DNA of 64,000 nt. Source: an uncultured Acidobacteriota bacterium. GTDB taxonomy: Bacteria; Acidobacteriota; Thermoanaerobaculia; UBA5066; DATFVB01. The notes below the pieces were generated by a model. The model had not been told where the DNA came from, made no database searches, and worked only from the letters and a program-made list of their open reading frames with translations. The position numbers and the translations under genes are program-made. The stretch covers positions 416,001 to 480,000 of the forward strand of contig CAWEYG010000002.1 of assembly GCA_963813155.1 (NCBI GenBank), in the 5' to 3' direction. The first letter of the stretch is position 1. Each line of letters opens with the position of its first letter. Shown here one piece after another: positions 9,548 to 21,231 of this stretch.

Positions 9548-10996
9548 ATGGAGCTGGACGAGAGAACCTGTTACCGCGCGGTGACCGCGCGCGATTCGCG
9601 CTTCGACGGCCGTTTCTTCACGGGCGTTCGGACGACCGGAGTGTACTGCCGCCCGATCTGCCCGGCCCGCACGCCGAAGCTGGAAAACGTCCGGTTCTTC
9701 GCGTGCGCCGCGGCCGCCGAGGAGGCCGGGTTCCGCGCGTGCCGCCGCTGCCGTCCGGAGACCGCGCCCGGGACCCCCGCCTGGTCGGGGAAATCGGCGA
9801 CCGTCTCCCGCGCGCTGAGGATCATCGAGCTCGGAGACCGCGGCGATTCGGGCCTCGCGGAGATCGCGGGCCGCCTCGGCGTCGGCACGAGGCACCTGCG
9901 GCGCTTGTTCCGCGAGGAGCTCGGCGCGTCTCCGAAGGCGGTCGAAATCACGCGGCGCACGCACTTCGCAAGAAGGCTCCTGCAGGAGACGTCGCTCCCC
10001 GTTTCCCACATCGCGTTCACGGCCGGATTCGGAAGCATCCGGCGATTCAACGAAGTGATGCGCGAGACGTTCGGAGCTTCTCCGCTCGAGCTCCGATCCG
10101 GAACCGGCGCTCCCGCGGCCGGCCGCGCCGACGGCCTGCTGTCGCTCGAGATCCCGTTTCGGCCCCCGTCTCCCTGGCGTTCGATCGCGGGCTTTCTCGG
10201 CCGTCGCGCGATTCCGGGCGTCGAGCAGGCCGGGCCGCGCTTCTACCGGCGGACGTTTCTCGTCGGAAAGAGCTCCGGCGTCGCGGAGATCCGGCCGATT
10301 TCCGGGAAAAACGCGCTCGAGCTTCTCGTACCCGATGTCGCGGCGCAGGACCTCCTCGCACTCGCGGAGCGGGTGCGGCGCTTGTTCGACACCGATGCCG
10401 ATCCGGCCGTCATCGCGGGCCACCTCCGGCGCGATCCCGGTCTCGCGAGCCGGGCGAAGCTCGCCGGCATCCGGCTCCCGGGCTGCTGGGACCCGTTCGA
10501 AATGGGCGCGCGGGCGATTCTTGGCCAGCAGATCACGGTCGCCGCCGCGAGAACGCTCGCGGGCCGTCTCGCGGAGCTCGCGGGGCCGCTGCTTTCCGGG
10601 CAAAACGAAGCGCTGCAAAGGATTTTTCCCGACGCCGCGTCCGTCGCGGGCGCCGACCTCGGGAAACTCGGCGTGCCCCAATTGCGCGCCCGAACCCTTC
10701 GCGCGTTCGCGTCGGCCTGCGCGGACGGCCGGTTCGATCGCGCCTCGTCCGCCGGCCTGATGCCGCTGCTCGGGGAACTGACGGCGATCCCCGGGATCGG
10801 CGATTGGACGGCACACTACATCGCGATGCGCGCGTTCGGCGAGCCGGACGCGTTTCCGGCGGGAGATCTCTGGCTGCGAAGAGCATTCGCCTCCGGCGGG
10901 CGGGCTCCGTCGGCCCGGGAACTCGACCGGATTTCTCAACCGTGGCGGCCCTGGAGAGCCTACGCCGCCGTTTCTTTGTGGGAGGGAATGTCATGA
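9548..10996 (+). CDS. alkA: Ada-AlkA fusion: Ada Zn-binding/AraC HTH + DNA-3-methyladenine glycosylase II
   Basis: [11 protein letters not shown] and CRRCRP Ada motifs; [13 protein letters not shown]; HhH PGIGDWTA; PWRPWRAYA. Confidence 0.9.
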   Translation: MELDERTCYRAVTARDSRFDGRFFTGVRTTGVYCRPICPARTPKLENVRFFACAAAAEEAGFRACRRCRPETAPGTPAWSGKSATVSRALRIIELGDRGDSGLAEIAGRLGVGTRHLRRLFREELGASPKAVEITRRTHFARRLLQETSLPVSHIAFTAGFGSIRRFNEVMRETFGASPLELRSGTGAPAAGRADGLLSLEIPFRPPSPWRSIAGFLGRRAIPGVEQAGPRFYRRTFLVGKSSGVAEIRPISGKNALELLVPDVAAQDLLALAERVRRLFDTDADPAVIAGHLRRDPGLASRAKLAGIRLPGCWDPFEMGARAILGQQITVAAARTLAGRLAELAGPLLSGQNEALQRIFPDAASVAGADLGKLGVPQLRARTLRAFASACADGRFDRASSAGLMPLLGELTAIPGIGDWTAHYIAMRAFGEPDAFPAGDLWLRRAFASGGRAPSARELDRISQPWRPWRAYAAVSLWEGMS

Positions 10997-11514
10997 TGAG
11001 GGAAACGGATTTCGAGCGCGCCGAGGCGATGGATCGATTCTCGTCGCCGCTCGGAACGCTCTGGCTCGCCGCGACCCGCAAGGGAATCTGCGCGATTTCC
11101 TTCCGGGCCCCGAAGCGAAAATCGGCTGACAGCGACGGCCATCCCGAGGCCCGGAAGAACCTGAAAAACGCCGCAAAGATCCTCACCCGCTATTTCAAGG
11201 ACGGGACCGAGGCGTTCGACGAAATTCCGGTCGATTCCGAAGGAACCGAGTTCCAGCTCAGCGTCTGGAAAGCGCTTCGGAAGATTCCCCGCGGCCAGAC
11301 GCGCTCCTACGGCGACATCGCGCGCGCAATCGGCCGGCCGAAAGCCGTCCGCGCCGTCGGCGCCGCGAACGGGTCGAATCCCGTCGCGATCGTCGTTCCG
11401 TGCCACCGCGTCATCGGGTCGAACGGAACCATGACCGGCTACGGCGGAGGGCTCGAGAAGAAAGAATGGCTGCTCAAGCACGAGGGCGCCGGAGGCGCGA
11501 CGCTGCCGTTCTGA
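10993..11514 (+). CDS. ogt: Methylated-DNA-protein-cysteine S-methyltransferase
   Basis: [20 protein letters not shown], active site VPCHRV. Confidence 0.92.
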   Translation: MMRETDFERAEAMDRFSSPLGTLWLAATRKGICAISFRAPKRKSADSDGHPEARKNLKNAAKILTRYFKDGTEAFDEIPVDSEGTEFQLSVWKALRKIPRGQTRSYGDIARAIGRPKAVRAVGAANGSNPVAIVVPCHRVIGSNGTMTGYGGGLEKKEWLLKHEGAGGATLPF

Positions 11515-11570
11515 GCAAGGCCCGGGAGCGGCCGGGGCTGACGCGATTCGCGCAGGCTGGTCTAGAGACG

Positions 11571-13031
11571 CTAACCCAGGTCCGTCCAGACGGACTTGAC
11601 CTGCGTGTACTCGTGCATCGCTTCCTCGCCGCGCTCGCGCCCGAAGCCGCTCTGCTTGTATCCGCCGAACGGAAGGCCCGGATCGTAGAAGTTGTACGTG
11701 TTGATCCAGACGGTTCCGGCCTGGATCTCGCGCGCGACGCGGAGGGCCTTCTTGATGTCGCGCGTCCACACGGCCGCGGCGAGCCCGTACCGGACCCGGT
11801 TGCCGAGCGCGATCGCCTCGTCGACGGACCCGAACTCGAGCGTCGCGAGGACCGGGCCGAAGATCTCCTCCTTCGCGATCTCCATGTCGGGCGACACGCC
11901 GTCGAAGACCGTCGCCTCGAAGAAGGCGCCCTTGCCGCCGACGTCGCGCTTGTGACCACCGGCGACGAGCCGGGCCCCTTCCGCGACGCCGCGTTCGACG
12001 TATTTCGCGACCGTGTCGCGCTGCTTTTCGGACACGAGCGAACCGAGGCGGGTCTTCGGATCGAGCGGGTCGGCCGGAACGGCCTTCTTCGCGCGTTCGA
12101 CGAGCTTTTCCATCAGCGCTTCGTGGACGGACTTCTCGACGAGGAGACGCGAGCCGGCCGCGCACACTTCGCCCTTCCCGTAAAAGATTCCGTTGAAAGC
12201 CCCGCGCGCGGCGGCTTCGAGATCCGCGTCGGCGAAGACGATGTTCGGAGACTTGCCGCCGAGCTCCATCGAGACGCGTTTGACCGTCCCGGCCGCGGCT
12301 CGGAGAATTTTCTTGCCGGTCTCCGTCTCTCCGGTGAACGTGATCTTGTCGATCCCCGGGTGCTCGGCCATCGCCTGCCCGATGACTTCGCCCGGCCCCG
12401 GCACGACGTTGAAGGCGCCGGGGGGAAGGCCCGCCTGGCTGAGCAGCTCGGCGAACAGCAAGGCCGTCAGCGGCGTCAGGGACGCCGGCTTCAGGATCAC
12501 GGCGTTGCCGCACGCGAGCGCCGGAGCGATCTTCCACATCGCCTGCAGCAGGGGAAAGTTCCACGGCGTGATCGCGCCGACGACGCCGACCGGCTCCCGC
12601 AGCGTGAAGAGGAACGATCCGGCGCCCGAGGGCAGGGTGCGGCCATAGACCTTGTCCGCGTAGCCGCCGAAGTACGCGAGCGCCTCGGCGCACGCGGGCA
12701 TGTCGATCTTCGCGGATTCGAAAATCGGTTTTCCGTTGTCGCGGGTTTCGACGCGCGCGAATTCGTCGACTCGCGACATCAGGAGATCGGCCGCGCGGAA
12801 GAGCACCTTTCCCCGCTGGCGGGGCGTCATCTGCGACCACGGCCCTCCCTCGACGGACGATCGCGCCGCCTTGACGGCGGCGTCGAGATCTTCGCGGCCC
12901 GCCTCGGCGACCTCGGCGAGTAGCTCGCCGGTCGCCGGGTCGCGCGTCTCGAATCGCTTTCCCGACGCCGCGGATCGATAGCTGCCGCCGATGAACAGGT
13001 CTCTCGCGACGGGGGTCTCCGCGTTGCTCAT
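11571..13031 (-). CDS. Aldehyde dehydrogenase
   Basis: ITPWNFP, FTGETETG, ELGGKSP, catalytic GEVCAAGSR, EEIFGPV, PFGGYKQSG. Confidence 0.95.
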   Translation of the reverse strand: MSNAETPVARDLFIGGSYRSAASGKRFETRDPATGELLAEVAEAGREDLDAAVKAARSSVEGGPWSQMTPRQRGKVLFRAADLLMSRVDEFARVETRDNGKPIFESAKIDMPACAEALAYFGGYADKVYGRTLPSGAGSFLFTLREPVGVVGAITPWNFPLLQAMWKIAPALACGNAVILKPASLTPLTALLFAELLSQAGLPPGAFNVVPGPGEVIGQAMAEHPGIDKITFTGETETGKKILRAAAGTVKRVSMELGGKSPNIVFADADLEAAARGAFNGIFYGKGEVCAAGSRLLVEKSVHEALMEKLVERAKKAVPADPLDPKTRLGSLVSEKQRDTVAKYVERGVAEGARLVAGGHKRDVGGKGAFFEATVFDGVSPDMEIAKEEIFGPVLATLEFGSVDEAIALGNRVRYGLAAAVWTRDIKKALRVAREIQAGTVWINTYNFYDPGLPFGGYKQSGFGRERGEEAMHEYTQVKSVWTDLG

Positions 13032-13789
13032 GCCTTCATTCTATTCCGCCGGCGAGTCTCGCGGCTCCGCGCGAATTCCTCGACGGCGCGGCCGAGATCG
13101 GCGCCCCCCGCGAGCCCACGGTAGGCGGCCTCCGCGCGCGCCCGCCCCTCCTCGAAAGCGCGGCGCCGCGGCTCGCGCAACAACCGGAAACGCGGCGTCG
13201 ACGGCGCCTCGCGACCGGGACGCGAGATCGCGAAGAAACCCGAGAGCGACGGCGTCGAGCTGCGATTCCGGAACGGAACGAGACGCGAGCCCCGCTCCCG
13301 CGGCTTCCCTTCCGGAAATCGCCTCGCCGGAGAGAATGAGCTCCGCGGCCCGAGCCGGCCCCGCGACCGCGGGGAGAAGCAGCACCGCGGCGGGAGGAAA
13401 ACAGGCGAGCGTGATTTCGGGAAAGCCGATTCGCGCGTCCTCCGCCGCGAACAGGAGATCGCAGCAGAGAGCGATCTCCGCGCCCCCGCCGAGGCACGCC
13501 CCGCGAACGGCCGCGAGAGTGGGAAACGGGGCTTCCAGCAGAGCCGCCAGGAGACCGTGGATCGCCGGAAGCATTTCGTCGACCTTTTCGGGCGTGTGGT
13601 CGGCGACGTCCACTCCGGCGCTGAAGTTCGGCCGCCCCGTCACGAGCAGGGCCCGGGTTTCCTCCGCCCGAAGGGACGTCACGGCGAGCGCGGCCGCCCG
13701 CAACGCCTCGAGGTCGAGCACGTTGGCGGGAGGCCGCTCGAAACCCAGGACCGCGATGCCTCCCGTTCAGAGAGGCGAAGCGGGTTCAT
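13028..13789 (-). CDS. Enoyl-CoA hydratase/isomerase family protein (frameshifted near both ends)
   Basis: FSAGVDV, CLGGGAEIALCCD, IGFPEITLACFP; corrected frame ends in an ATGA overlap with ALDH. Confidence 0.8.
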
Positions 13790-14693
13790 TTCTTGCCGGA
13801 GGGAACCGGGGGTACGCCGGACGTGCTCTTCAAACGCTTGACGAGAGCCTTGACGTTCTCGAAGTGAGACGCCTTGAGCTCTTTCGGAAGCTCCTTGATG
13901 GCGAGATCCGGCTCCTCGATGCGCGTCGCGAGAAAGTTGTCCGGAACCTTGTCCTCAATCACTTTCTTCGCGATACGGAGAGCGTCCTGAATGTACGCGC
14001 GAGTTCCCGCGATCGAGGCTGCGGGACCGATGGGTCCGTAACCAGGAACGAGCGTCTTGATCCTAAGCTCGCCGATTTTCCCGAGAACCGAGATCCAACC
14101 GTCGGGCTCGATGTCTTTCGAAAAGAGGGGCGGAAGAATCGCGTTTTCAACGAGGTCACCGGAAAACAGAATCTGTTCGTTCGGGAGGTAGACGACGAGG
14201 TCACCGCCGCTGTCGGCGGGCCCCACGAAATCGACTTCGACGAGCTTTTTCGTGTCGCTCAGCACGAGTCTCTGCGACAGGGTCAGAATCTCCGGCGCCG
14301 GGGAACCCCCCTGACCGCGAGCTAAATAGGTGACGAAGTAAGGCCCGAACTTTTCCGCCGTCACGATCCGGGCTCCGCGTTTCGCGAATGCGGGCGAGCC
14401 TCCCGCGTGGGGGCCGAAATTGTTCGTCACGATCAGGAACGCGATCTTCTTGCCTCCGGTGGTCGCGTCGATCGCGGAAAGTACCCCCTCGGAGTTCGTG
14501 TCGTTTCCAGAATCAACCGCGATGACGCCGTCGCCGAAAAGAAACCAGCTCGCGTTCGAGCCCCCTTCGTCACCATGGTCCAGACCCCATCGGCGAGTTT
14601 TTGGGGCTCGTGCAGCTGTTCGGGAGTCATTTGCGCGCTCAGCGCTCCGGCGGCGGCGATGAACGCAATTCCCAGGGCAAGACGAGTTTTCAT
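13786..14693 (-). CDS. Secreted MBL-fold protein with degenerate metal-binding motifs (frameshifted near 14430-14570)
   Basis: Signal peptide [20 protein letters not shown]; VIAVDSG, TNNFGPHAGG, GDLVVYLP...LFSGDL and VPGYGP follow the MBL-fold layout. Confidence 0.7.
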
Positions 14694-15402
14694 ACTTCTC
14701 CTTTTTTCCGCGTCAGACTCTCTTCGACGGGATAACGGATTCGCGAATCGACGGATTCCCGGAATTTCTCGAACAAAAACCTCGCGACCGGGTCCTCGCC
14801 GAGGTTTTCGGGATGCCATTGCACGGCGAAAATCGCGCTTGGACCGTCTCTCGCCTCCACCGCCTCAATCAGCCCTTCAATTGAAAAGGCGCAGGCCCGC
14901 AGACCCGAGCCGAGACGATCGATGCCCTGGTGATGCCGCGAATTCACTGGAAATTCCCGGAACGCCTCCAGGAACGCTCCCGACTCCGCCCGCCACCGTG
15001 CGCTCGGGCATCGCGCGGGGTCTTGACCGCATGGCTCACCGGGGACGGCCTCTCGGAGGGGATGTCCTGGACGAGGCTACCTCCGAACGCGACGTTGAGC
15101 ACCTGGAGGCCGCGGCAGATCCCGAAGATCGGAATCGCGTTGCGCCGCGCGCGGGCGATCAGCGCGAGTTCCTGTTCGTCGCGCCGGCGGTTCACGCGGC
15201 CGAGGCGCTCGTGGCGGACGGCGCCATAGAGCTCGGGATCGACGTCTTCTCCTCCACCCAGGAGCAGGCCGTCGAACGAGAACGGGGAGGCGTCCCGCGA
15301 GTGCACGACCGCGATTTCCTCGCGCACGAACCCGGCTCGCTCGAGAGAGGCGAGGTAGTCCGCTCCGACGGTATCGTCTTCGATCGTGGCGACGATTTTC
15401 AT
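14690..15402 (-). CDS. Peptidase C26 / gamma-glutamyl-GABA hydrolase (PuuD-like), frameshifted
   Basis: [41 protein letters not shown]. Confidence 0.85.
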
Positions 15403-16566
15403 CTCGCGCTCTCGAACAGAACGGCCATCCCCATTCCTCCCGACACGCACAGCGTCGCGAGGCCGAGCCGCGAGCCGCGGCGTCCCATTTCGTGGAGCAG
15501 CGCCGTCGAAATCCCTGGCTCCGGTCGCGCCGATCGGGTGGCCGAGCGCGATCGCGCCGCCGTTGACGTTCAGTTTCGCGCGATCGAGCCCGAGGTCCCG
15601 CTCGCACGCGAGCGACCTGCGGCGGCGAACGCCTCGTCGAGCTCGACGCGTCGACGTCGTCCAATGTCGTTGCCGGTCTTCGCCAGAAGCCTTGCGACCG
15701 CCGGCACCGGTCCGATTCCCATGATGCGCGGCTCGACGCCCAGCAGCGCCATCCGACGATTCGGGCGACGACCGCGATGCCGCGCAACGAATTCCGGCGC
15801 CCGACGCCACGACGATCGCCGCGGCGCCGTCGGTGATTCCGGAGGCGTTTCCGGCGGTATCGTGCCGCCGGCGGAATACCGGCGGGAGCTTGCAAGCGAG
15901 GCCAGGGTCGAACTCCGGCCTCGGATGCTCGTCTGCGCGACGACGGTCTTCCTTGCGGTTCGCACCTCCACCGGCACGATCTCGCGTCGACAGCCCCGCC
16001 GCCGCCGCCTCGCTCGCGCGGCTCTGCGATTCCGAGCGAAGGCGTCGGCTCCTCGCGGGAGATCGCGTCGTCCGCGGCGAGCCTCGGCGGTTTCGCCCAT
16101 CACCTCTCCGCACAGCGGATCGTCGAAGCCGTCGCGTACATGCCGTCGACGATCTCGGCGTTTCCCATCCGATAGCCCCAGCGGGCGCGCGGGAGGAGGT
16201 AGGGAGTGTCGACATGCTTCGGCGCCGCCGGCGAGAATGACGTCTGCCTCTCCCGCCGCGATGGAGAGCGACGCCAGCGTGATCGCCTTCAGCGACGGAG
16301 GCGCAGGCCTTGTTGACGGTGAACGCCGGGCTCGAATCCGGAACGCCCGCGCGGTGGGCGACCTGCCGGGCGGAGTTCGGCCCGCCGCCGGCCTGGCGGG
16401 CGTGGCCGAAAATCGTCTCGTCGACCGCGCGCGGTTCGAGGCCGCCGCGCGCGAGCGCGCCGGCCGCCGCGGCGGTGCCCAGGTCCGCCGCGGACATCCC
16501 GGAAAACGCGCCCCCGAATTTCCCGATCGGGGTCCGGGCCGACGAAAGAACGAACACGTCGCGCAT
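15399..16566 (-). CDS. Acetyl-CoA C-acyltransferase (thiolase), multiple frameshifts
   Basis: [51 protein letters not shown] spread over several frames. Confidence 0.85.
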
Positions 16567-16654
16567 CCGGCGGATCATACGCGAACGGGTCCGCCCAACG
16601 GCCCGCGTTCCGGGCAGATTGCCGCGCGGGACCCGATCCGGTATGTTCGAAGCG

Positions 16655-18525
16655 ATGGCCGATCCCATCAGCTCCGTGACCGGTACCAAAGGCGGCCTCG
16701 CCGTCGCTCCCTCGCTGGAGCCTTCGATCGAGACCGCTCGGACGCCGCCCCGGACCCCGACCGTCGACCGGAGGGTCGTCGTCCTCAGCGTCTGGGCGAT
16801 TCTGATCGGGTTGGGCGCCGGCCTTGTGGCACGAGCTCTCGTGCTGCTGATCGGTTTCATCACGAACGTCTCGTTCTACCACCGGCTCTCCTTCTCGTTC
16901 GCCTCGCCGGCCGGCAACAAACTCGGCGCCTGGGTCATCCTCGTTCCGGTCATCGGAGGCCTCGATCGTCGGTTTCATGGCCCGTTACGGCTCGCAAGGC
17001 GATTCGCGGACACGGGATTCCCGAAGCGATGGAACAGGTCCTGCTCAACAAGAGCCGGATCTCGCCGCGGGTGACGTTTCTGAAACCGCTCTCCGCCGCG
17101 ATCGCGATCGGAACCGGCGGCCCTTTCGGGGCCGAAGGCCCGATCATCGCGACCGGCGGCGCGCTCGGCTCCCTGCTCGGACAGCTCCTCGAGACGACCG
17201 CGGTCGAGCGCAAGACGCTCCTCGCCGCCGGCGCCGCCGCGCGGGATGGCGGCGACGTTCGGAAGCCCCGTTTCGGCGGTGCTCCTCGCCATCGAACTGC
17301 TCCTCTTCGAGTTCCGCTCCGCGATCCCTCGTGCCGGTGCGCTGGCGCAAGCGCGGCGGCGACGGGCATGCGCTTCTTTTCGTCGGAACGGACCCCGTCT
17401 TCGCGATGTCCGAGCTGTCGACAGCCGAGGCGGCGTCGCCCTCGCGCTCTACGTCGCCCTCGGCGCGATCATCGGCGTCGTCGCCGTCGCTGTGACTCGG
17501 GCCGTCTATTCGTCGAAGATGCGTTCGAGCAGCTCCCGATTCACTGGATGTGGTGGCCGGCGATCGGCGCCGTCGCGGTCGGCGTCGTGGGATGGATTCT
17601 TGCCCCGCACGCTCGGCGTCGGCTACGACAACATCGACACGATTCTCTCGGCTCGCCTCACCGTCGAGGCTCTCGCGCTGCTCGGAGCGCTGAAGTTCCT
17701 CTCCTGGTCGATCTCGCTCGGCAGCGGAACGTCCGGCGGGACGCTTGCGCCGCTCTTCACGATCGGCGGCGCGATCGGCGCCCTGCTCGGCGAATGGCCT
17801 GCGCGCGCTGCTGCCGTCCGCGGGGATCGACGTTCGCATCGCCGCGCTCGTCGGAATGGCGGCGATCTTCGCGGGCGCGTCGCGGGCGCTTCTGACATCG
17901 GTCGTCTTCGCGTTCGAGACGACGCTCCAGCCGCTCGGCTTGCTGCCGCTCCTGGGCGGCTGCACGGCCTCGTTCCTCGTGTCTTCGCTGCTGATGCGGG
18001 ACAACGATCATGACCGAAAAGATTTCGCGGCGCGGAGTCCGCGTGCCGGCCGACTACGAAGCGGATTTCCTCGGGCAGGTGCTCGTCCGCGACGCCTGCT
18101 CCCGAGACATCGTCTCTCTGAGCACGGAACAGACGCTCGACGAGACCCGAAGTTGGATCGCGTCGGGAGCCCCGGGGACTTCCCATCAGGGTTATCCCGT
18201 CGTCGACCGGAACGGAACGCTCGCGGGAGTGCTGACCCGGCGGATCCTGCTCGATCCGAAACATGACGGCTCGAGAAGTCTTCGCGAGCTGCTGACGCGG
18301 CCCCCGGCCGCGGTCTTCGATGACTCGACGCTCCGGGAGGCCGCCGATCACATGGTCGGCGAGGACGTCGGCCGGCTTCCCGTCGTCGCTCGGGATCAGC
18401 CTTCCCGCGTCATCGGTTTCATCACCCGGGGCGACCTCCTCGCCGCGCACCGGGGGAGGCTCGACGCCTCCTCGAAACCGGAACGCGCGATCGCGTGGAC
18501 CCGAAAGGCCGCTCCGAAGGCCTGA
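16655..18525 (+). CDS. ClC-family chloride channel/transporter with C-terminal CBS pair, multiple frameshifts
   Basis: [31 protein letters not shown]; CBS motifs YPVVD and LPVV...ITRGDLL. Confidence 0.85.
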
Positions 18526-18532
18526 TCCTCCG

Positions 18533-20477
18533 ATGGCAAGGCGACTCTCGAGCCCGATCCCTCTCCGGACGAGCCTTCTCGGAGCCTCCGCGTTTCTCGT
18601 ACTGACTGGCTGCGCATCCCGGCCGGCGGCTCCGACTCTCGAGGAGTACACGCGGGGCGCCTCGCCGATCGCGGAGGAAGCGGCCCGCCTTTCGAGAGCG
18701 ACGCGGATTCGCCCGGGTTCCGGCGGCCCGAGAGCGGCGGCCTGCTCGACGCCGCCGAACGATGGCGGGCCGAGGCGGACGGCACGAGAGTCGAAAGCTG
18801 GATCGTCGACTTTCCCCGGAAGCCGTCCCGGGCCGCGGTGATGAGAATTCGCGTGAGCCTCGAGGGAACGCAACGGGGAGAACGCGGCGTCCGGCTCTCG
18901 GCCGACGAGCTGTTCGACCTCGACCTCTCGCGCGAGAAAACCCGGTGGACCATCGCCGGAGCGCGGGCGGTCGACACGCCCCGGATTCTCCGCGGACGGC
19001 CGCATCTGCGCGAGGTCGCGTCGGAGATCGGGCTTTCCGCGGCACTCAACGATTCGGTCGATCCCGCGGAAGCGACGAATCTCTGCATCCCCGCGACTCA
19101 CCATCATCCCGGAGTCGTGCTCGCCGACTTCGACGGCGACGGCTCGATCAACGTCGTTCTCCCGGGCGCGCATCCCCGTCTCTTTCTCAACGACGGGCAT
19201 GGACATTTTCGGGACGCGACCCCGGGCTCGGGCCGGTGACGCTTCCTCCCGGAGAAGCGGCGGGCGGCGTCGCGGCCGACCTCGACGGCGACGGGCTGCC
19301 GGAGCTCTTTCTGACGTACGCGTATTCGGATTGCCGCCTCCTCCACAACGACGGGAACGGCCGGTTCCATCGCGGATGGGCCTTCGCCGCCTCGGCGTGC
19401 GACTTCGACGGCGACGGCGACGACGACCTGTACGTCGCGAACGATTTCGGCACGAACTGTCTCTACGAAAACGTGTCCACGCCCGGTCGGCCCCGGTTCC
19501 GCGAGATCGCGAAGAAGGCCGGCGTGCTCGACGACGGCTATGGGATGGGTGTCGCGTGGGGAGACTACGACGGCGACGGCCGCTTCGATCTCCACGTCTC
19601 CGATTTCTCGTCTCCCTACCGGTGGATGATCCGGTCTCCGCTGCTGCCAATGCCGCCGGTTCCAGCTTTCGTTCAGGCCGTCGCGCGGCCGATCGTCGTT
19701 CCGATGCTGCTGCGCCGCTGCGCGGGAGACGGCCTCTACCGGAATCGCGGCGACGGAACGTTCGAGAAGACTTCCGCGAAGGCGGGAGTCGCCGAGGGGG
19801 GATGGGCGTGGGGGACCGAATTCGTCGACCTCGACGGGGACGGTTTCGAGGACCTGCTCGTCGTCAACGGAATGTGGGAGGCGTCTCCGGGCGGGAAGTG
19901 CGACGAGGTGAAGTTCTGGAACGACATGTCGGCGGAGGGGATTGCGTTTCACGACGGGTTCTGGGGCGGAATCGATTTCGGCCGCAACGGAATGGCGTCC
20001 CGGACGGCGAAGCACCTCTACCGGAACCTCGAGAACGGGAAATTCGAGGACGACGCGTACGTCGAGGGCTTCGACACGCGCGGCGACACCCGGGGGCTCG
20101 CGTTCGGCGACCTCGACGGCGACGGCGCGCCCGAGATTGTGCTCTCGACCTTTCGCGGACCCCTGCTCGTCTATCGCAACGGGTGGAACGCCGCCCGGCG
20201 CCTCACGATCCGCCTGGAGGCGACCGCCGGCCACAACCGGGACGCAGTGGGAGCCGTCGTAAGGCTCTCGGCGGCGGGAAAAACGCAGATCCGCGAGGTC
20301 CGCGCCGGCTCGTCGTTTCTCTCCTGTTCGGCGAAGGAGCTCTACTTCGGCCTCGGAAGCGCCGAGAAGGCCGATTCGATCGAGGTTCGCTGGCCGGACG
20401 GGAAACGCGAGACGCGGACCGATGTGCCGGCGGGGAGGTTTACGTGGAAAGAGGAACAGAGGGAAAACGCCCGATGA
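18533..20477 (+). CDS. Lipoprotein with FG-GAP repeats and C-terminal ASPIC/UnbV domain (CRTAC1-like), frameshifted
   Basis: Lipobox LTGC; repeated DxDGDG motifs; NRDAVGAVV, GSSFLS...LYFGLG...VRWPDG. Confidence 0.8.
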
Positions 20478-21220
20478 GGCTCGCTCGTCCCGGATTGCGG
20501 CCAGCCCCAGCGCCAGCTCGGCAAGTCTCTTCGACCCTCGGCCGCAGTTCGCTTTCCCTCGGAATCTCAGAGATCAGCCTGCGCCGGCGCGTTGGCCCCC
20601 GGCCGCTCCGGCCCTGGGTGGTCTTGATTTTTCTTGTGGCGGCACCCGTCTGCGCTTCCGAAAAAGCCCGCGCGTTCCGCGTCCGCGTCGGCAGCGAGTC
20701 GGTCCGCGTGATCGTCCCGAAGACGTTCGAGCCCCTTCTCCCCGGCTCGGTCTACCCGAATCGCCGAAAGCCCGCGGACGCGCGGCGGCTCCCGATCGCG
20801 ATCCTCGCGCCGGAGACCGCTCCGCCCTCGAATTCCTCCTCGAGCGGCAGTTTCTCGTCGCGGTGCGCCACTCCGCGACGGTCGAGGATCTTCTCGGGGC
20901 ACTCGCCTCCCGGCCGGAGGCGGACCCGGGCCGCGCCGCGATTTTCGTTTTTCGCGAGGCCCAGGTGCTGCCGGCCGCGATCCGCGCGATCGCGATCTTC
21001 GATCCCGATCTCCGGGTAAACCGGCCGCGGCCTTCTCTTCCCGTCGCCCTTTTCCTCCGGTCGCCGCACCTCGTTTCCCTCCGCGGAGCTTTCCCGCGAT
21101 CTGAACGGCCGCTTTCGGGACGCATGCCGTCGAGAAGTGGTACCGGGGCGAAACGGGTTTTCCGAAGCAGGCCTACCGCGACGCCGCGGAGTGGGCGGCA
21201 GACGGATCCTCTCGCGTTAG
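20474..21220 (+). CDS. Hypothetical protein, frameshifted, boundaries uncertain
   Basis: ATGA overlap with the upstream gene; hydrophobic segment WVVLIFLVAAPVCA; coding-like peptide continues across frames to FPKQAYRDAAEW. Confidence 0.4.
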
Positions 21221-21231
21221 AATCAAAGGTC

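Noticed and set aside
14407-17895. 1162-aa ORF containing ClC motifs
   Set aside because: Chimera of thiolase/C26 antisense sequence and frameshifted ClC pieces
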